A stretch of 63,731 nt of DNA from Chiloscyllium plagiosum. Its lineage: Eukaryota. Below the pieces are notes generated by a model. The model saw only the letters and a program-made list of their open reading frames with translations, did no database searches and was not told where the DNA came from. Positions within the stretch are counted from its first letter, which is position 1. Each line of letters begins with the position of its first letter. The position numbers and the translations under genes were made by a program. The DNA is taken from the NCBI RefSeq assembly GCF_004010195.1, contig NC_057720.1, positions 27,404,168 to 27,467,898 on the forward strand, in the 5' to 3' direction. Below are positions 1-12,312 of this stretch, in pieces.

Positions 1-212
1 GTCCATATAGATCACATCTACTGCTCTGCCCTTATCAATCTTCTTTGTTACTTCTTCAAAAAGCTCAATCAAGTTTGTGAGACATGATTTCCCATGCACA
101 AAGCCATGTTGACTATCCCCAATCAGTCCTTGCCTTTCCAAATACATGTACATCCTGTCCCTCAGGATTCCCTCCAACAACTTGCCCACCACTGAGGTCA
201 GGCTTACCGGTC
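1..212 (-). mobile_element. CR1-type LINE reverse transcriptase fragment (runs off the window edge)
   Basis: Minus strand reads RPVSLTSVVGKLLEGILRDR...SQHGFVHGKSCLTNLIELFEEVTKKIDKGRAVDVIYMD. Confidence 0.9.
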
Positions 213-1519
213 TTCTTTTGAATGATCCCTTGAAATTACATCCCTGTATCTCATTTATCTAGCACACTTGAATTTTGTGTTGCATTCATAGAAATAGCAA
301 AGACATCTATCCTCCCTTGAAAGTTGCTGTTATTCATCCATCAGCTGAAGAACTTGTGTGCTCCACGAGAATAAATCAACTCATAATAGCCTGTGGGTAA
401 TTTAGCCATTTTGTACTAGGAAACTGTAGCATTGTTTTGCAATATTTAATAATTTGTGAGGACCTAAGTTTGAAGAATGACAGACATTTAAGGTTGAATT
501 AAAAGACACATTGAAACTTTATTTTTAACAAGTCATTTCTTAAAATCACATATAATTTCTGTTTATTTGCTTGAACTCACTTCGCAGAAAACATCTGATT
601 GAATTAAGGAGTGGGAGAGAGGTTCTGATTCGAGCTTATTTGGAATTTCAGTCGGGGAGAAGATTAGTGAAAAAAAGAAGCTTCCCAGCTAAACTCTCCT
701 GTTTCTAAAAAATAACCTATGTGAATCTCCTGTAGTAACTGCAGCCCTGGTGTAGGTGCTTTCATATGAGAAGCTCTGAAACAATTTCTCAATATTTCCT
801 GAATGAATGCATCTACAAAGATCCCTAGTATGTGCCATTCATCATGTGTGCCAGAACATCAGACTCGCAGCCCCGAACACCTCAAATCTTGTTCTTTTTG
901 CCTTCAAGAGCTCAGACATATTGTCAATAAGAATATTTTATAATTGAATGTCTCGGATTACAATTGTCTGTTAACCAATTCTGCCCCTTTGTGGAATAAG
1001 TTTTGTTTTATAATAAACCTTGTGTTTATTAAAGAAGACTGGTTGATGGATTTTTTAATTCTAAATCTAATACAGAGAAAGAATACAATTGGTATATTAG
1101 GAACTGGGTAAAATAATGCAGTTTGTGTGGTAATATATGGAGTAGGGAGACAAGAGAAAGTCAGTGCATCTCCCATCTTGGCTACTGCAGTATACGCTTG
1201 AGTAATGGTTAATCTTGTGTAAAGTTCGTGCACCAAACTTTGACCAAAAACCATCCATTTTAATTTACCTTGCACATAGGTCATCACTTAATTTTTAGGC
1301 AAATGATCCGCTGAAAGATCACTGCACCACCAAAGAAAGCTGTACAGTTATTAGTGTCTGCACACATAATTTTGGCTCCTTTTGTGCTACATTTATGAGT
1401 GAGATTTGCGGGAACAGTCTTCAGGCTGGTAATTCTGTGATAGTGAGGTGTTGGAAAAGGTTGGATTTGAACCTTTGCAAAATGTTACTCATACAAAAGT
1501 CGAACCCATACTTTTAAAT

Positions 1520-1685
1520 TTACAGCTGTAGAAACTTTGGTTGGGCCACATTTGGAATTTTGTGCACAGTTGTGGTCACCACACTACCAGAAAGATATGG
1601 AGGCTTGGAGAGGATACAGAAACGTTTTACCAGATTGTTGCCTAGTTTGGAGGATTTTAGATAATGTGGAGAGATTGGATTAGCT
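1520..1685 (+). mobile_element. CR1 LINE ORF2 C-terminal fragment
   Basis: HLEFCAQLWSPHYQKD-type motif. Confidence 0.75.
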
Positions 1686-2641
1686 TTACTGTCACATATA
1701 CTCAAATGAATGTTATGAAGAGTTTACAAGTCACCACTTAACATATTAGTTACAAAGTACCTAGGTACAGATTCTTAGGCAAAAAAAAGAAACATAAATA
1801 ATTAAAAGTTCCATCATTATAAATCTTAAGAGTAAATTAGAAAATAGAGAAATAATAAGTTCAGAATAATACTATTTCCAACCCAGTCTGGCACCTAGAA
1901 TCCAGTCTGTGCTGAGTCTTGACTTTGGATCATGCTGGGCTTCACCTCAAGGCTACCGAAGCCAGGAGACCACTCTGGAATCACCTCGAGGCTGGATGTC
2001 CAGGCTGACGACACTCCCGTTCGAAAGATAGCCGTGAGTTGCTGAAAGACCACCATGCTAAGCTACCGAGAGACTGCTAGGCTGGGTCAGGAGACCACCA
2101 TGCCAGGCTGGAAGAATGCCATGCCATGCCGGGAGAACACCACGTCTCACCGAGTCTGTGCTGAGGTCAGGAGGACGAGTCTGTGCTGAGGCCAGGAATT
2201 CAGGATGATGCAGAGTAAAGAAGAAAGGAAAAAAAAACACAAAAGAGAAAAAGAAAAAGAAATGGATGGCGTGGTTAAGCTCTAGCTGAAGCATCTTACT
2301 CCTGCCAACTTGGAAGAAGAAAGGATGTTGTGCAGGGTGAGGTAACGTCGAGTTTGAGAGAATGGAGCTGGAGTGTGGACTAGCTTTATAATGTTTTGAT
2401 GTACATCTGTAGGTCTGTAGGTCCGAATTAGAAATTCACTCTCCCATATTCACGGATGATCAGCTTCGAGCCATGAAAGGGGCTGAACCTGCACTGTGTT
2501 CTGCCATCTTTATTGTGGGCACCATTGTAGAAGAATAGAGAGAAACAGATTGCGTTCAGACAGAATGCTTTTGGTTTGGAAAAGCATCATGTGTCATCAC
2601 AGTTTTGGTGGGCTTGTTCCTCTGCTGTGTTGTACTGTTCT

Positions 2642-3480
2642 TTGAAATTCATCTGCCACCTTTATGCCCACTCCATCAACTTGACTAGATCCTTATGGAG
2701 TTTTACACTATCCTCCTCACAGTTTACAATTCTTCCAAGTTTAGTGTCACCCGTAAACTTTGAAATTGCTCTCTGCACGCCAGGCTGTTGATTATTAATA
2801 GATGTTAGGAAAAGCAAAGGTCCGATCCCTGGTGAACTCCATTCCAAGTCTTCCTCCAGCTCAAAAAATATCCACAACCATTATTCTCTTTCCTATCACT
2901 TAGCCAGTTTTGTGTCCATGTTGCTATTGACCTCTTTATTCATGACCAAAACCTTCCTCACAAGTCTGTTTGTGGCACTGTATCAAATGCCTTCTGAAAG
3001 TCCACATTCACCATGTCAAAACAGTTAGCATTGTCAAAACTTTTCGTATTACTTCCTCAAAAATATCTCCCAACATGTTAGTTAAACATATTTCCCTTTA
3101 GACATCCATGCTGACTTTTCCTAATCAATCCACATTCTTCCAGAGAACTACGAATTCACTGAATCTAGAATCTTTCCACCACTGAAGTTAAACTGCTTGG
3201 CTTTTCCTTTCAACTTTTCTTGAACATGGTCGTAATATTCACAATTCTCCAGTCTTCTGGCACCTCCCTGATTCTGGAAAAGACTGAAAGAATGTGACCA
3301 GTGCCTCTACAATTTCCATTCTCGCTTCCTTCAATATCCTTGAGTGCATCTCATTTAGTCCAGTCTATCCAACACTTTTGCCCTATCAAATTTTAAACAT
3401 TCTGGTGACTGAGTACCCTCCTCTGTCGCTATGGCCTGAATAGCATCTCTCTCTTTAATAAAATCAGATATAAAGTATTT
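2642..3480 (-). mobile_element. Decayed CR1 LINE RT region
   Basis: ORF 2662..2877 reads ISKFTGDTKLGRIVNCEEDSVKLHKDL (KFADDTKL motif); further decayed RT continues to about 3480. Confidence 0.8.
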
Positions 3481-4029
3481 ATTTGTAAATTAATTTGTAA
3501 AATAAATCCGTAAATTGGACAACTTTTGTTCCTTAGTTCTCATCAAGTTGATTTCTATCCTTGCACCTACCAAGGTATTCTCTTTCTTGAGCCCTTCTTA
3601 ACCAATACTGCTTTTATCCGCTTTTCCTTCCTCTTCTGATTACCTTGTACTCTTGAATATTTAAACTCAGTCTTACCCCTCCTTAAGCCAAGTCTGTGAT
3701 ATCACTATTACATCAAAATTCCATGGGCAATCTACACCTGTAACTCCCCAATCTTATTTACTGTTTTCCATTCATTCACATATATGCAGAGTAACTCAAT
3801 TTAGACTTTTGTTTCTCTTTTGCTATGACTTCACTCCTACTTTTCTATTGTCTATGTTCTTTCAATTTGCATATCTGAGTATCCTAAGCTGAAGTGCTGG
3901 ATCCCTGAACATGAGCCTGAATATGTTATCTTTCTGCCTCCTCTCTTTCCCCTACCCTTCCCTTGATCCTCAGCCTCAGTATATCCTCTTCTACCCTTCT
4001 CTATTGCCTTTCTTGCTCTGTTACGTGGA

Positions 4030-4275
4030 AACATAGAAACATACAAAACAGGAACTAGAATTGACCATTCAATATGGTTATCGCTGATCATAATGCTAAG
4101 TGCCATGTTTCTGCTTTTGTTCCATACTTGTAATCACTTTAGTCCTAAGGCCTATAACTAACGCCCTCTTGAAAACGTTCAGTGCTTTGATCTCAACCAC
4201 TTTCTGTGGCAAAGAATTCTCTGGGTGAAGACACTTCGCCGTATCTTTGTTCTAAAAGGCCTACCCAATGTCCTT
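4030..4275 (-). mobile_element. CR1 LINE 3' end
   Basis: aacatagaaacata tail (reverse complement of the CR1 terminal microsatellite) followed by a typical 3' UTR/ORF2 end. Confidence 0.65.
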
Positions 4276-4633
4276 CTATGTGGAAGCTGAAGTTTTGGGC
4301 TTCAATACATCTTCTTACTGTCTCCTTTCTCACCGCAGTGTTGAAGCTGAAGTCCTAAGCCCCTAACCCTGAGCCTCAATATATCCTCTTGCTGCTTCCT
4401 GTCTTGTTGTTTTATTGAAGCTGAGATGAAAAGAAATTGGAGTCATTAAGCTTGCACTTCATTGTGAGTGAGTGGGACAGTGAAGATAGGTTTAGAAGTT
4501 TTTCCTTTAAATCATTCACTCCACGTGTTCATTAGTTCATTTTCCCATCACCCTTCTGCCATGTAAACATGGATAAAATATTGAGTTTTCAGGAACACTA
4601 TCCTCTCTGGGATGTTTTCTTGTAAAATTTATG

Positions 4634-4847
4634 CTGAAAATGTGTTGCTGGAAAAGCGCAGCAGGTCAGGCAGCATCCAAGGAACAGGAGAATCGACGTT
4701 TCAGGCATAAGCCCTTCTTCAGGCTGAAGAAGGGCTTATGCCCGAAACGTCGATTCTCCTGTTCCTTGGATGCTGCCTGACCTGCTGCGCTTTTCCAGCA
4801 ACACATTTTCAGCTCTGATCTCCAGCATCTGCAGCCCTCACTTTCTC
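4634..4847. mobile_element. Penelope-like terminal fragment (family A), fold-back hairpin with 16-bp TSD
   Basis: Inverted arms 4633-4722 and 4724-4813 match at 89/90 positions. Direct repeat tcttgtaaaatttatg at 4618-4633 and 4848-4863. Same sequence family at 11671, 12101, 16720, 20171, 27044 and 41638. Confidence 0.85.
4724..4753 (+). ncRNA. Minimal hammerhead-ribozyme-like motif (PLE family A)
   Basis: CUGAAGA-A-GGGC(UUAU)GCCC-GAAA-CGUC. Core boxes, stem II and the ACGU palindrome are present; stem I is weak and activity is untested. Confidence 0.55.
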
Positions 4848-7800
4848 TCTTGTAAAATTTATGAACAAGCTGGATTAGTTGCTGTCCAGAGTGTGTGGTG
4901 AATAGCAGTCTCTGGGACCTTAGGGAGACAGAGAAAAATGGAGCCAAACCAGGGTTCCAATCAGTAATTGATGCTGGAAAATGTGCGTGTAATTGGCAGA
5001 AGAATTTTGATAAACATTTCATATACTCAGGTGCCCACGGTCTGTTTAAATCACTGACAAATCAACATGGACGTCAGAATTATGGACAAAATGCAACATG
5101 TAATGAAATATATGTTGAGTCATTAAATTCAGCATGTCCAGTGGAGTCACAAAAAAAGGTTGGGACTGGGGTTAATGAAACCAGATTGAAGAAGTGACTG
5201 TGCTACCACAACTAAACCATGTATCCAAACCCAACTTCGACTTCCACATCATTAGAATGCAGTTTCCTCGAGATGAGGGTAATACCTGTGAGATTAGTTT
5301 GTAATGTTAGACATCTTATCCCGATGAAGCTACAGAACATAAGGAGGCCACATTCTGCTTAAAATTCATTCAGTTTTTCCTGAACAGGAAGTATCTGTTT
5401 GTAAGTAGGAAATTACATTTTTGCTTTCATTTTATTTTAAAGTTCACTTCAAGTTTCAATTTTCAGGAATGAAACCACAACTTTAAATTGGAACTATCAA
5501 TTGAATGGTGAATTAGCTAATTTGAAACAAATGATATAAAGAGTACGTGGTAATAAAAGGATTATCAGATGATTCAAATTAAGAGGATCTACTGCATTTA
5601 ATGTTCCCAATGCATATATATATTCAATATGGTTAAGGATATAACATTTTGTGTTTTTCTATATTATCAAAATCTGTATCCATCTGTCAGTGATCTAAAC
5701 AGCCCACGGACAGATAAGTTTGTGAGATGTTTGTCAATATCCCCTTTTATTGTTGATACATCATTTAAAGCTGAGCTGAAACTAGTGTCAAAGCCCAGAG
5801 ATGAGACCTGGTGGCGGTTAGTCACAAAGGTGATTCTGTCAAGAGACTTCCTATGTGTGCATTCATCTTCACAGCTGTTGTATGATCTGTACAGTTCTTT
5901 TCCTGTCAAAAGCCTGTGTTCATGGCTTTTTATTCCCATAGTACATACAGTACAGTCAGAGCTTTGAAATGGGAATGTATCTGACAGCAGTGATTATGTT
6001 TGAAAAGACTTGCAGTCTTTTTTATCAATTTTACTTTTCAACTAATAGGAATTACTCTTAATTTTTTTCTCTCTCTCTTTCCCAAACCCTTGAGTGGAGA
6101 GAGACCATTTTGAATATCGAATCATAGTAGATATCATCTAGTGGAAGAGGCTGAAACCTGGAACTGATCCAAAAATAATTGATCGCAAATCTAAAATACA
6201 ATGTAAATACTTTTAGAATAAATCTAAGTCCTTATATTTAGAGTACAGCTACATTTGTTGCAATTCACTCCTGTCAGTTGATGAATGGCACCAACCTGTG
6301 AGGATCCAAATCAGCAGAATGCATGCAGAAACCTTCGGGCATCAATGTAAATGCAGAAAACCCAAAACAGTGCATAATTGAATGAATGTGCTGTCGTCTC
6401 ATCTTTGATTTGTGTTTTATCTGAAGAGAGTTTGAAGTACCTTTCACAGGTCAAGAGAAATTTACGACAAGCTAAATTTACATATGTATTAGTTGATCTT
6501 CTTGACATTGAAAAATGAGCAATGAATGAGACTACTTGTTTGTTTCTAAAAGAAAGTTTATTATAAAAATGTAACTATTTACATCCACATGATTCATTCC
6601 CATGATTCCTGTTTTTAAGTGTGTTTTGATCTTCTTGAACCTTTTTTTGAGATAAGTTTTGCTAGTTCAGTTTATTTGATTTGCCTTTTCATTTATATCT
6701 CTGTATTTCAGTTGCAATTCAGGCTTAGAAAATAATTGCTTTACTGAGAGCAGACTGAAATTACCAATTTGTTTAGTAATCACGATTTGAGTTAAATGAA
6801 TTCAGTTTTATCCACATAATACTTCGATGTGACTATTGGATTTATTTCCTGTGCAAATCAGAATGTCCCAACTACCAACCTTCCGATATTTTACTTTTAC
6901 TGAGAATTTCTATCTTTTGGCTTTGATTTCCGAATTTTTTGATTTCAAATTGAGAAGATGTAGTTAGAATTGGTGTATGGAACACATTCAATATGCAGTC
7001 CTGATCAGGCATTCATGATCTTTTATAAGCACTGCTTATACCTTTCACAGTGAATAGTAGTTAGCTTTTGGAAAACCACTTGAAAATTGCTGGGTTCCTT
7101 AATGCGACTTTCCTGTTTTCAAAGTCAATTTAATTTATTTGATTAGGTGGTGAGGGGTGCTGGATGAGTAATAACTGCTGATTATTGTTTATATTTTGTC
7201 AAGATATTTACCTGACTTACTTTTTAAAAAGTGATGGTGAACTTTTAAGTTTTGACAGAGAACAATGAATTCGGCCTTGGCACAAAGTACATAAAATATT
7301 GGAAGTTGGATACTTTATCCTATTAGCCTCAAACTTTCACAGTTCCATTTCACGTGTTTCTGCAATGTGCTGCAACTCCAAGTGACCTTGAATTCACACT
7401 GCTTATATTAACAGAGTGAATATAAGCTAGCAGTGCATGTACAAGCTTTGTTAACCACACCTCAGGATATTTGTCACTGCAGTAAATAAAGAAAGCTCCC
7501 TAAAATACCCAATTTTCTAAATTTAAAACGCTATTCCCTCAAATGTTTGCTTTATAGAATTCCAATTTCTTAGTAACGTTTTATCCATTCTGCCTTGCTA
7601 ATTTAAAAGTTGACATAATTTTATAATGATGTGATTTCAAAATTTCCCAACTTTTATTTGACTACATGCAGACAGAAGGTTTTCACTGTAATTCCAAGTC
7701 TGTGTTAGAAAGCTAGAAATGTTATGCAAAATACTTGTACTTATAAGAGAGAGTTACAGGATTAATAACAAATAACCCTATATAGAATAATAGTCCCTGA

Positions 7801-8211
7801 TCAAAAGGATGTAAACTATAATTCTGATGGGCCTGTACAAAATTTGGAATTTAAAAAAAAAAATTCTATGGATACTAGGAAATAACCCAATAACTCTGAA
7901 AGTAATTCAGAAAAAGTGATATCAGTCAGTATCTTTTCCTATCCTGAGCTCTTGCTGGAAAAGTTCAGCACAATTGGAGTACCAATCAGAAAACGAGAAT
8001 GTTGCACTCACCCTCAAGTCTCTGGAATGTAATAGACAAATATCAGCCTGTGTGCCTGATCTTCATTGTCAATTCTAACTTTGAATGATTTCATAGATTT
8101 GACTCTCGGTGATTATTTGGTTCAATAATTATTAAGGTTTACTGTCCATTCACATGGAATTTTGCATTTTAAACAAGAGTTATATAATATGGAAAGCAGT
8201 AAACAATGAGA

Positions 8212-8500
8212 AGCAGTGGCTAGCACTGCTGCCTCACAGCTCCAGGGACCCGGGTTCAATTCCAGCTTTGGACAATTGTCTGTGTGGAGTTTACACATTC
8301 TCCCTGTATCTGTGTGGGTTTCCTCTGAGTGCTCTGGTTTCCTCCTGCAATCCAAAGGTGTGCGGGTCAGGTGAATTGGCCATGCTAAAGTTCCCGTAGT
8401 GTTGGGTACATTAGTCACAGGTAAATATGGAGTTGCTCTTCAGAGGGTCATTGTGGAGTTGTTGGGCTGAATGGCCTGTTTCCATACTGTAGGGAATCTA
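8212..8500 (+). mobile_element. tRNA-derived V-SINE (HE1-like shark SINE)
   Basis: B-box gggttcaattcc, central gtggagttt..cattctccc..gtgggtttcctc domain, and CR1-like tail ending ctgtagggaatcta. Confidence 0.85.
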
Positions 8501-8544
8501 AAAAGGCAATAATCTATCTAGTAGTATGGAGGACATTAGAAAAA

Positions 8545-8749
8545 TGTGGTTCTGGTCTAACGTGCATTTCATTAACATGAATTGGCTATAACGTGATTGA
8601 CGAATTGTGTTTGGATAATGCAAACCTCCTGTCAAACGGGTATAGGGATTTTCTATAGCAATCTTCTCCAGTGCGACTTTCTATACTGGTTTCCCATAGT
8701 GTGAGGTTGCAGTGGAATGCAACTGTAGGTTATAGCAGAATGATCTGTA
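8545..8749. mobile_element. Tc1/mariner-Tigger-like MITE, decayed
   Basis: Right end gttatagcagaatgatctg-TA is the reverse complement of the left TIR of the copies at 25851 and 31571; internal sequence is shared. Confidence 0.6.
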
Positions 8750-10285
8750 GTGCAGAGTCAATAGAATGTTGCTTGATGTAGGGAAATGAAGGCTGCTGTT
8801 TTCCCTTATTACTTTTGAGTGAGAAGGCAGGCGCCAAAAGACCTAGATACTCACCATCGCCACTAAAGAGAATGCCTCCTTGATCAATGTTGATCAGGGA
8901 CTTGAGCAGTGATCTGGTGGGCTTCTCAGCCAAACAAGTTGCAGGATCGTGAAGTCCGGCTCTGATTTGAGCTATAGCACCATTTAAAGGCTGCTGGTTG
9001 TACAGCATTGCTGAAAATCAGCATGCAGAAAATTTACTGATCAGCTGGGAAATTGTGAGGTGGGAAATGTAGGGAGAGGTAGCACAGAGGCAGGGCAAGC
9101 ATCATACTTCATCCCATCCATGTCCCTGACTGCCCCTGGATTGGAACAGATTGAGGCTCCCACCCAGCAGGTCCTGTTGCAACAATTAGGAAGGCTGTAA
9201 TTTTTTTTAACTGCCATGAACAAGTTAATTGGGTCGATTGCTTGCAGAAGCCCTTCTGTGATTGTTAATTGATCCTGAAGAGCTTTAGTTGGAAGCAGTT
9301 CCGAAGATTAAACTTGGGCCTTCCCATTAAGAACTTAATTTTCTGAGGTGAAGGGAAGATGCAACATGGATATCTCTGGTGCCAACCCATATGATTATTT
9401 GCCTTTCCTCTTACTTTCCCTGCCACTTCCAAGGAAGTGAATATTCCAGCCACAAATACAAAGGAAGAGTTTAAAATATGGGGCAATTGCAATTCCAATT
9501 GCATTAGAGCAGCATAGATTCTTGACATATCAGAGCACAGAATAAGTAAAAGTATAAACATAAAACAAATAATACTTAAGGTTAGCAAGGTAGGTTGTAT
9601 CTAGCAAAAGAAAAACATTGCTATTTCCTGATTCGTGACTTGACAGAGCTTTGTAAGTGAAAGTACAGTGCCAAGTGGATGAATGGCTACTTCTGCTTCA
9701 AATTAATTTGTTCATTTGTTTCCACTTGGCAACATCATGAGCTCAAGGACAAGAGATCTAACTAGTCAAAGTCCACTTTCTAACCTACCAGCTTTCTTTT
9801 CTCAAACAGTATAATTTTTTTTCCTTTATGGTGGTATTGCTTGCAAATTTTTCAGTTGAGTGCAAAATGATTTTTTTTCCCAGTAATATTCAAGTTCTGT
9901 ACTGCCAGACGGTGAAAAGTAAATCTGTTAAAGCATTTGAGTTTTTGTCATGAGTTGACTGTAATTGTTTGCAAACTTAAATTAGTGGTTACGTTTTCAC
10001 AACTCAAGACCAAAGTCAATGAAAATCAGGAAAGTGACAATAGTGATTTTTTAAACCATTGATTGATAAGCATCATCCAGTGCAGGGACATCGTGCTTTA
10101 GAGTGAATTTCTGCATGTCTTATTATCTTTGTATTTACATGAATGAGGTTCATTCTGCTTGCAATGTTCTATGATAGTTCTAATTCTGCGATGATTCTAA
10201 TTCTGCTGCACGATCAGCTGTGTTTACATTTTTGTTTTAATATCCAGACAGTTGGACTAATCTACAATGCTCTGATCATTTGCAG

Positions 10286-10431
10286 CTCTGCCAAGTTTTA
10301 CCCGAATCCCTGTGGACCAGATTGGAATTTCTGGAGGAGTGGCTTCATTTGTGTGCCAAGCAGTAGCAGAACCTAAACCTCGTATCACTTGGATGAAAAA
10401 AGGGAAGAAAGTCAGCTCTCAGCGCTTTGAG
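10286..10431 (+). CDS. PTPRF: LAR-family receptor tyrosine phosphatase, coding exon for the first half of Ig domain 1 (internal exon, 146 bp, phase 1 to 0)
   Basis: Acceptor tttgcag ends at 10285 and donor gtaagg starts at 10432. Translation (x)[48 protein letters not shown]; the [21 protein letters not shown] stretch matches PTPRF/LAR. Not recovered in frame by the ORF track. Confidence 0.93.
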
Positions 10432-10705
10432 GTAAGGTTCTGACCCTTAATACTTAAAGGTAAAGGTTGGATGAAACCAGGCTGAACTACTTGGAAGAAT
10501 CATAGATATTGAATGTTAATTTACATGACAGAATTGTAACAGTAATTTACATTTTTTTTGGCTGACTGAGTAATACTTAGAGAAATCCATTACCATGTTT
10601 AACCCACCTGAAGTGTTTTATTTGCTCATTATGGTGTGCACTCACTTAGAAGTGTGGTTTAGCAGAACAGAGGGTGAGGGACCCTCCAATCTTTAAAGAA
10701 GTAGC

Positions 10706-10890
10706 AAACAAAAAGCCAAGAACTGCAGACGGTAGAAATCTGAAACAAAAACAGAAATTGCTGGAGAAGCTCAGTGGCTCTGGTAGTATCTGTGGAGAGA
10801 AAGCAGAGTCTATTGACCTTTCTTCAGAACCTTCTGAGTGTCTGACTTTGCAGAGTTGCTGAGTTTCTCCAGCAATTTCTTTTTCTATAT
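10706..10890. mobile_element. Penelope-like terminal fragment (family C), partial inverted repeat
   Basis: agaaattgctggagaagctcag ... ctgagtttctccagcaatttct inverted arms; same family as 58909-59124. Confidence 0.65.
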
Positions 10891-11024
10891 AAAGAGATAC
10901 CACTGAAGTTTAATCAGGGTAAAACTATACAGTTTACAAAGAACTTAAGAAATTGTAACAGGAGTCAGCCATAATCTCACCAAGTTTCTATGTAATTGAA
11001 GTAAGATGTAAGAAGTTCATTAAA

Positions 11025-11310
11025 ACTATCCTCAAGAGTGATGGAAGATGTCATCAACAGAGCTATCAAACGGCACTTGCTGAGCAGCAACCAGTTTGGG
11101 TCCTGCCAAGACTATTCAGTTCCTGACCTCATTGCAGACTTGGTTCACATGGACAAAAGAGCTGAATTCCAGAAGTGAGGTGAAAGTGACAACTCTTGAC
11201 ATCAAGGAGACCTGACAAAACTGGAATCAATGGGAATCAGAGGTAAATCTCTGCTGGTAGAATTCGTACCTAGCACATAGGATGATGACTGTGGTTGTCA
11301 GAGGTCATTT
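11025..11310 (+). mobile_element. CR1/L2-group LINE RT fragment
   Basis: VMEDVINRAIKRHLL..QFG.. and TLDIK motifs; homologous to the adjacent minus-strand copy. Confidence 0.7.
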
Positions 11311-11990
11311 CAACTTGCTACTTGTCAGCCCAAGCCTGAATATTGTCCAGGTCTTGTTGCATTTGAACATGAGCTGCTTCAATATCTAAGAAATCGCAAA
11401 TGGTGCTGAATGTTGTGCAATTATCGGTGAACATCTGTACATCTGACTTTATTATGGAAGTGAGTTCATTGATGAAGCAGCTGAAGATGGTTCAACCTCG
11501 GACATTACTCTGAGGAACTCCTGCAGAGATGTCATGGAGCTGAGATGATTGATCTCCAACAACCACATTCATCTTCCATGTACCCGGTATGACTCCAACC
11601 ATTGAAGAGTTTGCCCCCACAACTGAAACCCATTGATTCCAGTTTTACAAGGGCTTTTTAATATCATACTCAGAAAGTGAGGACTGCAGATGCAGGAACT
11701 CAGAGTCGAGAGTGTAGTGCTGGAAAAGCACAGTAGGTCAGGCAGCTGAGGAGCAGAAAAATCGACATTTCGGGCATAAGGAATACCATACTTGGCCAAT
11801 TACAGCCTTGATATCAAGAGCTGTCACTGTCACCTCATCTCTGGAATTTACCTCTTTTGTCCATATTTGAACCAAAGTGTAATGAGCTAAGTGGCCCTGG
11901 AGAACCCAAACTGGCATCACTCAGCAGGTTATTGCTGTGCAGTGCTTGATAACAGTGTTGATGACACCTTTTGTCACTTTGAGGGCAGTT
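11311..11990 (-). mobile_element. CR1/L2-group LINE RT fragment, interrupted by a PLE fragment
   Basis: ORFs 11738..11920 (VTALDIKA) and 11569..11799 (GQTLQWLESY); DLDNIQAWA near 11340. Confidence 0.75.
11671..11781 (-). mobile_element. Penelope-like terminal fragment (family A)
   Basis: Begins agaaagtgaggactgcagatgc; imperfect 11-bp TSD aatatcatact (11660-11670) / aataccatact (11782-11792). Confidence 0.75.
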
Positions 11991-12100
11991 TTCATAAATT
12001 TGGCTTTTATTCCCCTAATCTTAGAGAGTGAAATAAATCAAATTGTTTTCAGTGACAGAAAAGATTTGTCAGGATAGGTACAAGGGATCTGTTTCTTCTA

Positions 12101-12312
12101 GGACTGCAGATGCTGGAAACCAGAGTTTAGATTAGAATGGTGCTGGAAAAACACAGCAGGTCAGGTAGCATCCGACGAGCAGAAAAATCGACATTTCTGG
12201 CAAAAACCCTTCATCAGGAATGGAGGCAGGAAGCCTCCAGGGTGAAGAGATTAGCGGGGGGTGGGGCTGGGGAGAAGGTAGCAAAGAGTACAATAGGTGA
12301 ATGGGGATGGGC
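12101..12312 (-). mobile_element. Penelope-like 3' fragment (family A), just upstream of an exon
   Basis: ggactgcagatgctgg...cccttcatcaggaat followed by a G-rich segment like that in 20171-20505. Confidence 0.75.

Noticed and set aside
4618..4863. Palindromic elements as DNA-transposon MITEs or CRISPR-like repeats
   Set aside because: The arms are asymmetric, TSDs are long and variable, the same sequence occurs uninverted as the 3' end of longer fragments (20171-20505), and there is no repeat-spacer array
1..10285. Signal-peptide or first coding exon and promoter of the phosphatase gene
   Set aside because: No convincing ATG plus hydrophobic exon with a phase-1 donor, and no CpG island; probably upstream of the window
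10143..10376. 77-aa ORF overlapping the first exon
   Set aside because: Wrong frame; the real exon is in another frame and bounded by splice sites
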